A DNA stretch of 28,519 nucleotides, from positions 1 to 28,519 of IMG/VR virus record IMGVR_UViG_3300010376_000788; one strand, written 5' to 3'. The DNA comes from a virus (lineage: Duplodnaviria; Caudoviricetes). The notes beneath the pieces were generated by a model, which was not told where the DNA came from, ran no database searches, and worked only from the letters and a program-made list of their open reading frames with translations. Below, in pieces: positions 16,498-25,860 of the stretch (position 1 is the first letter of the stretch; each line of letters begins with the position of its first letter). Made by a program: the position numbers and the translations under genes.

Positions 16498-16512
16498 CTA
16501 TAACTCTCCTTC

Positions 16513-16989
16513 TCAATAAGGTCCCTGCTTGATGAGCCCGGTCATGCCCTGGGCCGTCGCGCGCGGGACGTGGATCAACCCCGAGGAGCCCAATGGGAAC
16601 CCCTTCGGCATGGGCATCAGCATCTGCCCGTTCGGCATCATGGTGGGTTGCTGGGAGCGCGCGTCGGGGTAAGGCGGCGGCGCGCCCGGATGCGGCATCG
16701 GAGGGGGCTGCACGCTCATCATCGGGTTCGTGGCCGAGAATTTCCGGGGTCTGGGCTGTGGTGGTTGCTTCGCGCCCTGCGGCACGCGGCGCGCTTCCTG
16801 CGGGGAGGGCTTGTGCGAGGCTTCCGGCAGCACCGTCGCGGCGACCTGGGCCGAGGACGGCCCGGCTACCTGCTTGGGCCCGGAGCCCTTGGCCGGGTGC
16901 TTGCCAGGGTTCGTCTGGGTGGTCATGGCCCCGCCCGGCGTCGTGACCTGGGACCCGAGCGCATTCGCGAGATCGTATGAGACGGCCAT
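16513..16989 (-). CDS. Pro/Met-rich low-complexity protein
   Basis: TGATG coupling to the upstream hydrolase gene and an AAGGAAGG RBS. Confidence 0.7.
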   Translation of the reverse strand: MAVSYDLANALGSQVTTPGGAMTTQTNPGKHPAKGSGPKQVAGPSSAQVAATVLPEASHKPSPQEARRVPQGAKQPPQPRPRKFSATNPMMSVQPPPMPHPGAPPPYPDARSQQPTMMPNGQMLMPMPKGFPLGSSGLIHVPRATAQGMTGLIKQGPY

Positions 16990-18365
16990 CAGGCGAGCCT
17001 TCCTTTTGTCCAGGTCGTGCCCGGGACGGATGCGACCTGCCCCTGGCCCCAGATGTTCGACATGTAAGGGTTGGTTCCCAATGGCTTCAAACCAGCTTGT
17101 GCCATCAGCGCGGTCATGCCGTCTCCCGAGGTGATGCTGCCCGGGTCCATCTCGCCACCGGGCATCGGCTGCATCGCCAGTTGCCCGAGGGTGGAAGGGA
17201 CGCTCCCGCCGCCGCTGAACTGCGCAGGCACGGCGTTCGGCCGCGTCTCCGGGTCCATCGCCGCCGGGGTCCTGATCGCGGGCTGGTCCGGGGCGTCCAT
17301 GATGGGCTGAGAGCCACCACCGCCACCGCTCATTGGAGCCGCCAAGCTGCTGAGCGCCTGCCCTATGGACATCCCCTCCATCTCGGCGGGGGTGACAGGC
17401 GCATAACCCTGCGCTCCTGCGACGGCCCCGCCTTTGCCGGCTTCCATCGTCGCGGGGGCGTCGCTTGGGTTGTAGCCGGAATTGCCCCAGTTCGGGTCTG
17501 CGTCCCGAGGCCCGTGATAGCCGGCCCAGGGCGATGTCGAACCTCCCTTGGCGAGGTAGTTCGCGACCCAGGCCACTTGCTGGGGAATGGTATTCGAGTT
17601 GCGCAGGTCGAGGCCGGTATCCCTCTCGAACTGCACGCCGAGGCCCGCGCGCCGGTTAAGCTGAAACGGCCCCCATGAGCTTTCGAGGGCATCGTCTTTC
17701 TTGTCGTAGTTGCTTGTATGCAGGCTTTCACCTGCACGAATACCGTTGAGGATCGGAATTAAATCTGGACGGTGAATACTGTTGGCGGTTTGTGTTATTA
17801 AGTCGGTGAGTGTCGAGGGTCTAATCACAGGACCCATAATCGCCGCACCCGTGCCTGCGGTGCCTGCGGTGCCTGCACCAGTATTCCCGTAGGCGGCCCA
17901 AATCCTGTTCCAGTCTCCTGAAGCCCTGGCATTCTTAAGATTATTCCAGAGAGTGGGCTGCCCGTTGGCATCCAGGATATGGTTAAGTGGCTGAGCCGGA
18001 AGCTGCCAGTGATTGAACTCGGCCGTGTTGTTGATCCCATAGGGATTGTGCAGACCGTTGCTCCCGGCGATCTGCGCCCAGCGCTGGGCCGAGGCGGACC
18101 CCGGACCGCCGATGCCGATCACGTCGCTCGCCAGACCGTAGGAATGCGCTGACTTCAGGTCCGCGTCGAACTCGCTCCCCGTCTCGCTGGGATCGCGGTA
18201 GCCGCTCAGCAGGCGCACATTCATTCCCTGCGCCCGTGCCTGCTGGATGGAGTTCGCCATCGCCAGCGCAAAGTCTGGATGAAGGTAAGCCGTATCGCCC
18301 ACCCGATTGGGATGGTTGCTGAGCGATGACAGATACTGCCGTGCCTGATCGGGGTCGGTGAACAT
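16989..18365 (-). CDS. Virion-associated peptidoglycan hydrolase: M15 (VanY-like) peptidase plus lysozyme-like domain
   Basis: M15 motifs LSGYR, SAHSYGLASD and EFNHWQ. Second domain GES...SWGPFQL...PW has a lysozyme-fold pattern. Disordered C-terminus. Confidence 0.8.
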   Translation of the reverse strand: MFTDPDQARQYLSSLSNHPNRVGDTAYLHPDFALAMANSIQQARAQGMNVRLLSGYRDPSETGSEFDADLKSAHSYGLASDVIGIGGPGSASAQRWAQIAGSNGLHNPYGINNTAEFNHWQLPAQPLNHILDANGQPTLWNNLKNARASGDWNRIWAAYGNTGAGTAGTAGTGAAIMGPVIRPSTLTDLITQTANSIHRPDLIPILNGIRAGESLHTSNYDKKDDALESSWGPFQLNRRAGLGVQFERDTGLDLRNSNTIPQQVAWVANYLAKGGSTSPWAGYHGPRDADPNWGNSGYNPSDAPATMEAGKGGAVAGAQGYAPVTPAEMEGMSIGQALSSLAAPMSGGGGGSQPIMDAPDQPAIRTPAAMDPETRPNAVPAQFSGGGSVPSTLGQLAMQPMPGGEMDPGSITSGDGMTALMAQAGLKPLGTNPYMSNIWGQGQVASVPGTTWTKGRLA

Positions 18366-20968
18366 CAGGGTTGCGGGGTCCTGCTTTGCAAGATGCGGCT
18401 CATCATGGTGTCGTAGAAGCTCTTACGCTTCTCGGCTTGTTGGTCGGCGGCCGTCGCCATTTGTGGGACATTGCCGTAGAGGGCATTCGAAAGCTGGTCC
18501 CCCATCGGTGCCTGCGCGATGGCCCGCTTCGTCTCCGGGCTCGTCACGTCTCCGGCTGTGAACCTCGTGAAGCCCGCCTGCGCGGCAGGCCCCAACCCGA
18601 AAGGCAGATGTCCGAAGACGGCATGGGCCAGATCACGCATGCCGATAGCCACACCCGCTGTCCTGCGCAGACCCGTGGCGGCCGGCTTGAGATCGAAGTT
18701 CCTTCCCAGCGTCGCGGCGTGCGCCAGCCTCTCGGAAGAGGAGAGCACGCCCGGAGGCGGCGGGGGCTCCGTGCCTGTCAGAACGTGCATGAGGTCGCCA
18801 TAGGACGCGTAGTCGTTGGCGAACGCCTCGGGCCGCTCGCTGCCACCGGCAAGCTGCCCCCTGGTGCGGCCCAGCATGTCGATAGCGTTGGCGGCCACGG
18901 CTGCCCGCACCGCAGGGTCGAGGCGTCTGGAGAAGTTGTCGTAGACCCCGCTGTTCTGCTTGTTCGAGAACAGCACACTGTTCGCGATGTCGCCGTCGCC
19001 CATAGACTGTGGCGGGAATTCATAGTTGACCTGCCCGGTCGCGGGATCGGTCACACGGCGCGGCTCGCCCGCCACCTTGAAATAATCCGGCAGGATATGC
19101 TCGGAGTAATGCGCGAAGTTGGCGCGGGCGGCGCTGAGCGCGTCGGGAGGCGCGCCTCGGGCCGCAAGATGCGCTTCCATCGCGGCGAGGGCCGCGTTCT
19201 TGATCGCGAGCGGCACGGCGCTTTCGGTCGTCATCTGGCCGTTCGGAAGCATGTTGGAAGCCCCCGAGAGCACGTCTTGAAGCAGGCCGTAGGGAACCGT
19301 GGGCGCGGCATTTGGGCTCGTCACATCCGCGTTCGGGCGTCCGGGCTGGTTGAACCGATGCCCGTATTGCGAGCTTTCAACGACGCTGTTGTTGGCGATC
19401 TGCCGGATCGCGTCCTCGGTAGGCCCCTGACGGAGGTTGCCGCCTGTGGCGTGGTCGATGCTGCTGAGGAAGGGGGTGATGTCCACCTCGTCGGTGGGCT
19501 GGATGCCGTAGCGCGAGGCGATGTCGAGATAGGGCTGCTCGCGTTCTTGCAAAAGCCTGGGAATAACGTCCCTGGACCCCTGATAGAGCAGCCTGCCGGC
19601 GTTCTCCACCGATCCCGTGCCTGGACGGAAGCCGGGGCTGATCGCCTGCGTCGAAGCGTCCTGTGCCTGGAAGATGGCTCTGGCGTGATCGGTCTTGTCG
19701 GCTTCAAGCCGGTTGCCCCAGGGCGGGGTCGCGCCCAGCCAGTTCATGATGTGCTGCCAGCCGGGCTCCATCATCGAAACCGCGCTCGGCCAGTTCGGGG
19801 GCGGCTCGCCGGTCCTCGCGGCGTAGTCCTGCGCGAGCGCCTGCCCGGCGTTGTAAACGTCCTGTCCGCTTTCCCGGCGGACATTCGTCACATCCCCCTC
19901 CTTTGCCATTGAAGGTGCGTAGACCCGCGTGAGCGCGGTCTTCGCCGTGGTCGGGCCTGCGCCTCCGACAAGCGTTCCGATATAGGAGCCCGCCTCGCGC
20001 CCCTTCGGGCCGAAGAAATACTCGCCGACATCCCCGCCCAAATCCCCGCCGTAAGTGCTGGTCAGCGCGGGCACGAGCCCCCGTCCCCGCCCGGCGGTCA
20101 GCGTTTCGAGGGCGCGCTGCCAGAAGCTCGCATCCTGTGGAATGTCGGGCGTGCCTGTCTGCTCTCTCCAGGTCCCGGCGACCGTCGGCACGTCGTAGGA
20201 TGTGCCCAGGTTCGGCGCGACGAGATGCTTGGCGACGTTCACGCCCGTAGCCGTCAAGTCCGCGAGGCCCGTCGATGGCGCGTAGATGTAGGGCGCGGCC
20301 CGCGAGAGCATGTTCCCCACATCCCCGTAAGTGACCCCTTTGTCGGTGAGGAGGCCCGATCCGGGGATCGTCCTCGACGCGATGTTGGTGTTGATCCAGT
20401 TGCCAGGTCCGGAGGCGTCGAAGGCCGCCCGCTGCCCACCTATGGCGGTGTTCGGGTATTTGTTAGTCGCGGAATAGATGTTGCTGGAGGTCCAGAAAGT
20501 CCCGTCGGGCCGCTTCGCCGCGAGGCCCATATAGGTCTTGTCCATCCCGGCGTTCAGGCGTGCCTGCTCCTTCAGGGCCTGCTCCGGCGACGTGACCCGC
20601 ATGTCGTAGTTGAAATAGCCTCCATTGTTCAGCGGCAGCCGGTTGTAGCCGTTCGCCATGTCATCCTTGGTAAGCTCGCCATGCGGGTCCGGCATCATCC
20701 CTTTCTGAGGGTCGAGCGTGTAGTTCTGCTGGTAGGGGTCTCCTGAAGCCGGTGCCAGCATCGGGATGATGGCTTTCAGGAACGAGGCGGTTGGGGTCGC
20801 TGTGCGCCAGTCCGGGGTTGCTGCGGGCGGCGCTGGCGGCGCGGGCGGCGGCACGGGCGCTGGATTGGTGAACGTCCCTCCGCTGCCCGAGAGCGCGTCG
20901 GCGTTCGCCCTGGCCCAATCCCACGGCGACGTGTTGGGGTCTGGAGCGGAAGTGGTGTCGTCAGCCAT
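18365..20968 (-). CDS. Large internal virion / DNA ejection protein
   Basis: 867 aa, Ala/Gly/Pro-rich, Gly-rich hydrophobic segment (GGDLGGDVGEYFFG...GTLVGG), located in the ejection cluster. Function inferred from synteny. Confidence 0.65.
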   Translation of the reverse strand: MADDTTSAPDPNTSPWDWARANADALSGSGGTFTNPAPVPPPAPPAPPAATPDWRTATPTASFLKAIIPMLAPASGDPYQQNYTLDPQKGMMPDPHGELTKDDMANGYNRLPLNNGGYFNYDMRVTSPEQALKEQARLNAGMDKTYMGLAAKRPDGTFWTSSNIYSATNKYPNTAIGGQRAAFDASGPGNWINTNIASRTIPGSGLLTDKGVTYGDVGNMLSRAAPYIYAPSTGLADLTATGVNVAKHLVAPNLGTSYDVPTVAGTWREQTGTPDIPQDASFWQRALETLTAGRGRGLVPALTSTYGGDLGGDVGEYFFGPKGREAGSYIGTLVGGAGPTTAKTALTRVYAPSMAKEGDVTNVRRESGQDVYNAGQALAQDYAARTGEPPPNWPSAVSMMEPGWQHIMNWLGATPPWGNRLEADKTDHARAIFQAQDASTQAISPGFRPGTGSVENAGRLLYQGSRDVIPRLLQEREQPYLDIASRYGIQPTDEVDITPFLSSIDHATGGNLRQGPTEDAIRQIANNSVVESSQYGHRFNQPGRPNADVTSPNAAPTVPYGLLQDVLSGASNMLPNGQMTTESAVPLAIKNAALAAMEAHLAARGAPPDALSAARANFAHYSEHILPDYFKVAGEPRRVTDPATGQVNYEFPPQSMGDGDIANSVLFSNKQNSGVYDNFSRRLDPAVRAAVAANAIDMLGRTRGQLAGGSERPEAFANDYASYGDLMHVLTGTEPPPPPGVLSSSERLAHAATLGRNFDLKPAATGLRRTAGVAIGMRDLAHAVFGHLPFGLGPAAQAGFTRFTAGDVTSPETKRAIAQAPMGDQLSNALYGNVPQMATAADQQAEKRKSFYDTMMSRILQSRTPQP

Positions 20969-20972
20969 CGGG

Positions 20973-22919
20973 CTACCTCATGACACCGGGCGGCAGATAC
21001 ATTTCCTGACCGCCCGGCCCCGTTACCAGCGGCATGACCGGCGCTGGCGGCGCGCCAGGACCCGCAACAGATGGCGGCGCTTGCAGTGACGGAGGTGCTT
21101 GCGGTGGCGTTTGCGGCGGCGCTTGCGGTGGCGCTTGTGGTGGTGGTGCCTGCGGCGGCGGCTGGAGCGGGCTGCCGCGTGGCGCGGAAGGCCCGGTGGT
21201 GACTGAACCGCTGCCACCGCTGCCCTGGAGAAGCGTCTGCAACTGATCGGGCGGCACGTCGGTGACGCCGTATTTCGTTTGGTAATCCTTCACGCGAGCC
21301 CCGATATTGTTTCGGCGCGCCTGCTCGTTCGTGAAATAGTCCTGGTAATTGCCGCTCCCTCCAGGCACCAACCCAAGATGCCCGGCGGCGTCCTGGGCGC
21401 GCTCTATTGCTGTCTGGGCGTAAGCCTGCTGTCGGGCGATGTTGTTCAGGAGAACCGGGGCGGGCCATGAACTGTCGCCAAGCTGATCCGTGAAAGGTCT
21501 GATCTCGGGGCCGGCGAAGCGGGCGTTGGCCTCTTTCACAAGGGCAGGAAGCTCGCTTTTCAGAATGGTGTTGAGCTTCGTCTTGGCCTCGGCCACGTCG
21601 CCGGCAATGATACCGTGATCGGCAAGCACCGAGAGCCAATGCATGCTCACCTGATTTATACCGCCTCCAGCGTTAATGTATTTCGTGAGTGCAGCCGCCT
21701 GATCCAGCTTCTCGTTAAGCTCCGCAGCCGACTGCCCGCCGTCATAGGCTTTTTGCCACTGCGCCGTGATCGGGGCCATGAACGCCTTGCGCGCTTCCGT
21801 GTCGGCCGGGCTTTCTCCGACGAACTGCCCTGCCGGGGTCTTGGTGAGCACCGGGATCGGAAGCTGCGAGCCGGGCACTGGAGCCGGACGCGAGATGGTC
21901 GAGACGCCTCCAGCAGTTGTTGCTGATGGTGCCTGCGCAGGGGGTGCAGGCATGGCCCTGGGAGTGGCCCCGCCGCCCATATCCGTCAAAGTCGGAGCCT
22001 GTGTCGGAGCCTGCGCGCCTGGACCCGCGACCGTCGGCGCTGGCGGTGCTGGAGCCGGCGCTGGCACTCTTGGAGGAGCAGACCCGCCGGGAGGCGTGAC
22101 GCCTGCCGCTCGCGCGGCGGCGCTCGCGGCGTCCACAGAGGTCGGCACGGGAGCCGGTGCGGGCTGGGTCGCGGCGCTGGGTTGGAAGTTGCCCGGCGGC
22201 AGACCTTCCTGCATGACTTTTTCGTAGGATTTGCGGCTCGCCTCCGCAGCGCTGAGCCCCTGTGCCAAGAAATTCTTGTAGTCGTTCGTATGCTGCAAGC
22301 CGGGCACGTAGCCGTCCGCCGGGAGCGGCCCGAACTTCTGGAGGTAAAGCTCGGCATCGCGCTGCATGCTTCCAGGCACCCAGGGCGTGTCCTCGAAATG
22401 GACCGTGCGCCCTTCCTGCTGGGCTCTGATCTTGCCGGCTTCCTGCGCCTGCGCCTTCGCGCCTTCCTGCGCAGCTTCCTGCTGGCGGAAAAGCTCGGCC
22501 TGCCCGGCGGTCGTGGGAACCGCATAAGGCTTATCCCAGAAGTTTCCGGTGATCTGCCGATACATCTCGCGGTTGAAGGTGTCGTCCTCGGGCGTGTTGC
22601 CCTGCCGGAAGGGGTTCGACTTCATGTTGCGAAGCGCAAGCTCGAAGGTCATCTTGCTGTCGTCGCCGCGCAGGATCGAGTTCGCGATGAGGGGGAGCGC
22701 ATCGGGCCGCACCCAGCCGCTATACGCCTGGGTCGCCTGCTGCTGTGCCTGCATCTTCAACTGCTGCTGGCGAAGCTCCAGGTCGCGCAGCCAGATTTGC
22801 CGCTGGAGGAGATAGGCTTCGGCCTGCGTCTTCGGGTTGAAGGCGTTGGCCACGGAGCCGGCGAGCCCGCTCAGCGTCTCCGAGAGGGTGTTGTCTTGCG
22901 GCAGCCTCAGGACCGGCAT
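20973..22919 (-). CDS. Internal virion / DNA ejection protein
   Basis: 648 aa, N-terminal amphipathic and Gln-rich coil, Pro-rich linkers, GGAGAG RBS. Function inferred from synteny. Confidence 0.65.
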   Translation of the reverse strand: MPVLRLPQDNTLSETLSGLAGSVANAFNPKTQAEAYLLQRQIWLRDLELRQQQLKMQAQQQATQAYSGWVRPDALPLIANSILRGDDSKMTFELALRNMKSNPFRQGNTPEDDTFNREMYRQITGNFWDKPYAVPTTAGQAELFRQQEAAQEGAKAQAQEAGKIRAQQEGRTVHFEDTPWVPGSMQRDAELYLQKFGPLPADGYVPGLQHTNDYKNFLAQGLSAAEASRKSYEKVMQEGLPPGNFQPSAATQPAPAPVPTSVDAASAAARAAGVTPPGGSAPPRVPAPAPAPPAPTVAGPGAQAPTQAPTLTDMGGGATPRAMPAPPAQAPSATTAGGVSTISRPAPVPGSQLPIPVLTKTPAGQFVGESPADTEARKAFMAPITAQWQKAYDGGQSAAELNEKLDQAAALTKYINAGGGINQVSMHWLSVLADHGIIAGDVAEAKTKLNTILKSELPALVKEANARFAGPEIRPFTDQLGDSSWPAPVLLNNIARQQAYAQTAIERAQDAAGHLGLVPGGSGNYQDYFTNEQARRNNIGARVKDYQTKYGVTDVPPDQLQTLLQGSGGSGSVTTGPSAPRGSPLQPPPQAPPPQAPPQAPPQTPPQAPPSLQAPPSVAGPGAPPAPVMPLVTGPGGQEMYLPPGVMR

Positions 22920-22930
22920 CTAAGCTCTCC

Positions 22931-23731
22931 TCACCAAAGCCCGGCCGAACCCGCGCCAAGCCCGTAATCGGTCATGTCCGGGGCCGGCGCGCTGACCGAC
23001 ACATTGGTGCCGCCGCCGCCCCAGCCGCCGGTTCCCCGCAGCCCGGTGCCCGTGAGCGTGCCTGCGAGGCCGCCAAGCGTCTTGGCGATGCTGCCCATCT
23101 GCCCCATCCCTGGCCCGGCGGCATAATTCAAAGGTTGCACCTGCTGCTCGACGCCGTAGGTCTTGAGGTTCCCGGCCCGGATTGCATTGGCGAGGTTGAT
23201 CTGGTTACCGCCCTGGGCGAACTCGATGGGCACTGTGGTCCCAAGGCCGCCAAATGAGCCCCCATAGGAACCTGCCGTGGCAAGCGCCGCGATACGCCCC
23301 CTGGCGTTCTGGGTGGCGTTGTTCACCGCAGCCGTGAGGCTGTCACCGAACATCGTGTTGCCGGTTTTCTCCCCCGAGAGCGCCAGCGACGAGGGCGCGG
23401 CACCCCCGGCCGTGGTGGGCGTCACGCGTCCGGTCGAAGCACTGGGGTTATTGTAGAGGGCCGTGAGGCGCGCCGCCTCGTCGGCCTGCTGCTTCTGCTG
23501 GTTCTCCGGCGAGACTTGCTGGAGCGTGGCCTGCTGGGCGTTGGTCGCCTGCTGCCGCTCCATGTTCTCGGCATTCACCTGATCCTGGTGGATTTTGGTC
23601 TGGTAGGCGACCCATTGCGCGTTGGCCGCGTTCTGCTCGTCCATCAGGTTCTGCTGGGCGCTTGCCTCCATAGCGCCGGAAGCGAGTGAGACGGCTCCCG
23701 AGATCAGCCCGCCGACGAGGGGATCGCACAT
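22931..23731 (-). CDS. Small internal virion protein (T7 gp14-like position)
   Basis: Begins MCDP followed by a hydrophobic Gly/Ala helix and a Gln-rich coil, with a Gly-rich C-terminal helix, as in small podovirus ejection proteins. Confidence 0.75.
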   Translation of the reverse strand: MCDPLVGGLISGAVSLASGAMEASAQQNLMDEQNAANAQWVAYQTKIHQDQVNAENMERQQATNAQQATLQQVSPENQQKQQADEAARLTALYNNPSASTGRVTPTTAGGAAPSSLALSGEKTGNTMFGDSLTAAVNNATQNARGRIAALATAGSYGGSFGGLGTTVPIEFAQGGNQINLANAIRAGNLKTYGVEQQVQPLNYAAGPGMGQMGSIAKTLGGLAGTLTGTGLRGTGGWGGGGTNVSVSAPAPDMTDYGLGAGSAGLW

Positions 23732-23732
23732 C

Positions 23733-24842
23733 CTAGACCGCTCCCGAAATGCCGGTGCCCGAACTGGGCGACGGCGTGGATGCGACGGACCCTGTGCCCA
23801 TGCCGCCGGCACCGCCGCCACCCGTGATGTAGGCGTAAGGGTTCATGAAGCCGGAGATCGCGTTGCCTACGCCCGCCGTGATCGGCGCGAAGAGCGCACC
23901 GACAGGGTTCAGGAGCGGCACCGTGAGATTGGCATTGGCGACCATGTTCTGGGCCGTGTTGGCCGCGACGCTCGGGTCCTCGGTCGAGTAAAGCTGGTTC
24001 AGTGCCTGCTGCTGGTCCTGCTGCACCTGGGTGCGGAGCCCGGCGGTCTGGGTGTCGGCCTGCGAGGCGATCTGCGCCCGGTTCATGGTGTCCTGCTCGG
24101 AGAGCTTGCCGACATCCATCGCAGCCACGGAGGAATTGAGGGAACCCGCTCTGGCGAGGTTGTAGTTCAGCCCGGTGCGGGCGTTGGCGTATTGCTCGTC
24201 TTCCTGCGGGAGATAATAGTCGAGGATGCTCTGGCGGAATTTGTTGTAGAAGTCGTCTCCGAACCCTCCTGTCGTCGTGGTGCCTGGGCCTGTCGATCCG
24301 CCGTAGTAAATCTGGGCCTTTGAGAGATCACTCAAGCTTCCCGCTGACGTGACGAGGTTCCCGGAAGGGTCGAAAATCCCGTATTGGGTGCTGCCGCCGC
24401 TGTCCGGGAGCGGCTTCCACGAATAGCCGTCCGCGAGCGTGCCGGTCTGGCCGCTCATGTCCACCGCCGGAACCGGATTATAAGGCTGGAAGGGCGTTCC
24501 TATGGGCGCGACGCTCGGCGGCACGAGGGCTCCCGTGTTGGGGTCCTTCGTGAACCCCGTCGGCAGCGCGTAGGCCCCTCCCCCGACCGTCGAGGCTGCA
24601 ACATCGGCGGCGGTTGGCGGCGGGGGCGGCGGCGGGGGTGGCGGGGGCCTGCCGATGCCGGACGTGTCGAGCAGCTTGCTGTCCGACGGCCGTCCCTGGA
24701 ACATGCTGTTGATGAGGTTCACGCCGTAGCTCAGGCGGGCGTTGCGCTCCTTGTTCGCCTCGGCGGCCTGCGCAGCCTGCTGCTGCTGCATCTGCACCAT
24801 TTGCATATTGGTGGCTTCGGAAGTCTTACCCTTTCCGCCCAC
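23733..24842 (-). CDS. DNA transfer / ejection protein
   Basis: MGGKGK... start with a Gln/Ala coil and the pattern PQ...QY..AR..L...LAR.G.L.SS. GTG start with GGAGG upstream. Confidence 0.7.
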   Translation of the reverse strand: MGGKGKTSEATNMQMVQMQQQQAAQAAEANKERNARLSYGVNLINSMFQGRPSDSKLLDTSGIGRPPPPPPPPPPPTAADVAASTVGGGAYALPTGFTKDPNTGALVPPSVAPIGTPFQPYNPVPAVDMSGQTGTLADGYSWKPLPDSGGSTQYGIFDPSGNLVTSAGSLSDLSKAQIYYGGSTGPGTTTTGGFGDDFYNKFRQSILDYYLPQEDEQYANARTGLNYNLARAGSLNSSVAAMDVGKLSEQDTMNRAQIASQADTQTAGLRTQVQQDQQQALNQLYSTEDPSVAANTAQNMVANANLTVPLLNPVGALFAPITAGVGNAISGFMNPYAYITGGGGAGGMGTGSVASTPSPSSGTGISGAV

Positions 24843-24899
24843 GGATTTGCTTTAGCCTCCCATATCTGCTAGGCTAGCACTTTCGAAGGAGGAAAATCT

Positions 24900-25388
24900 A
24901 TGCCTAGATGCGGTAAGAGAGTTGATGTCGAAACCCGGCTCTACGAGAAGATCGATAAGCGCAGACCTGACGAGTGCTGGCCTTGGAAAGGCTACACTCA
25001 CAAAGGCTATGCGACGTTCAGGATCGGATCGCAGAAACACCATGCCATCAGAATTGCATGGGAACTCGAAAACGGCGTGTTGATCCCGCCCGGCATGGAA
25101 ATGGATCACCTCTGCAACAACCGCCTTTGCTGCAATCCTGCTCACGGGGAGGTTGTCACCCACTCCGAGAACATGAGACGTGCCTGGGCGCGTGGCCGGA
25201 TAGTCAACCAAGGCCAAAGAGGCATGGGAAAGCACTTCAAGGATACCGCTGCGTTCAAAGCCTTCATGGCCGATCCAAGGTCTTGGCATGAAAAAGCCGC
25301 CGATCACGGCATCTCCAGGTCCACGGCCTATATCTGGACCAAGCAAGGGGTTCAGAAGCGCTTTCAACCTAAAGTCTCCGGCGCATGA
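24900..25388 (+). CDS. HNH homing endonuclease with C-terminal HTH
   Basis: ECWPWKG...GY..F, DHLCNNRLCCNPAH...THSEN and HGISRSTAY. AAGGAGG RBS. Antisense to the late operon. Confidence 0.9.
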   Translation: MPRCGKRVDVETRLYEKIDKRRPDECWPWKGYTHKGYATFRIGSQKHHAIRIAWELENGVLIPPGMEMDHLCNNRLCCNPAHGEVVTHSENMRRAWARGRIVNQGQRGMGKHFKDTAAFKAFMADPRSWHEKAADHGISRSTAYIWTKQGVQKRFQPKVSGA

Positions 25389-25860
25389 TGAAGCCCAGGC
25401 TCTCGAAGCCCGCCTTCTGGAACAGGTTGAAAAGCGTCCGCATCGCCTTCATTCCCGACGCGACAGGAGCATGAAACGCCCCGGCCCCGGCCCGCTGCCC
25501 CTCTTGGACAGCGAGACCGATCAGGCCCCTCCCTATGGCGCTGCCGCGAAAGTCCGGATGGACGTAAAGCTCCATCAGGACCATGCAGGGTTTTTTCGAG
25601 AAGGTGCGGTCGAACCAGTAGGAGATGAAGCCGACGATGCTCTCGTCCACGATTGCCAGGATGTGGGGACGGGTGTCCGAGATGACGCCGTCGAAGACTG
25701 TGGCATAGGCGGCGGCCTCGTCGTATTCCAGCATCTCCTTATAGACGGCTTCCAGGTAGAAAAGCTGATAGAGCTTCATCAATTCCGGAACGTCATCCGC
25801 CGTTGCGAAGCGGAACTCCACCTCGCTCTGCAACTCTTCTAAGGTGATGGGTCTGTTCAT
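25369..25860 (-). CDS. GNAT-family acetyltransferase
   Basis: FRFATADDVPEL, IVGFI, acetyl-CoA motif ELYVHPDFRGSAIGRGLI and NLFQKAGF. Confidence 0.9.
   Translation of the reverse strand: MNRPITLEELQSEVEFRFATADDVPELMKLYQLFYLEAVYKEMLEYDEAAAYATVFDGVISDTRPHILAIVDESIVGFISYWFDRTFSKKPCMVLMELYVHPDFRGSAIGRGLIGLAVQEGQRAGAGAFHAPVASGMKAMRTLFNLFQKAGFESLGFIMRRRL

Noticed and set aside
18371-19912. 513-aa + strand ORF
   Set aside because: Antisense shadow of the 867-aa internal virion gene.
21094-21160. 12-bp tandem repeats, plus the 9-bp repeat near 17850-17877
   Set aside because: Explained by coding for PPQA and AGT linker repeats.
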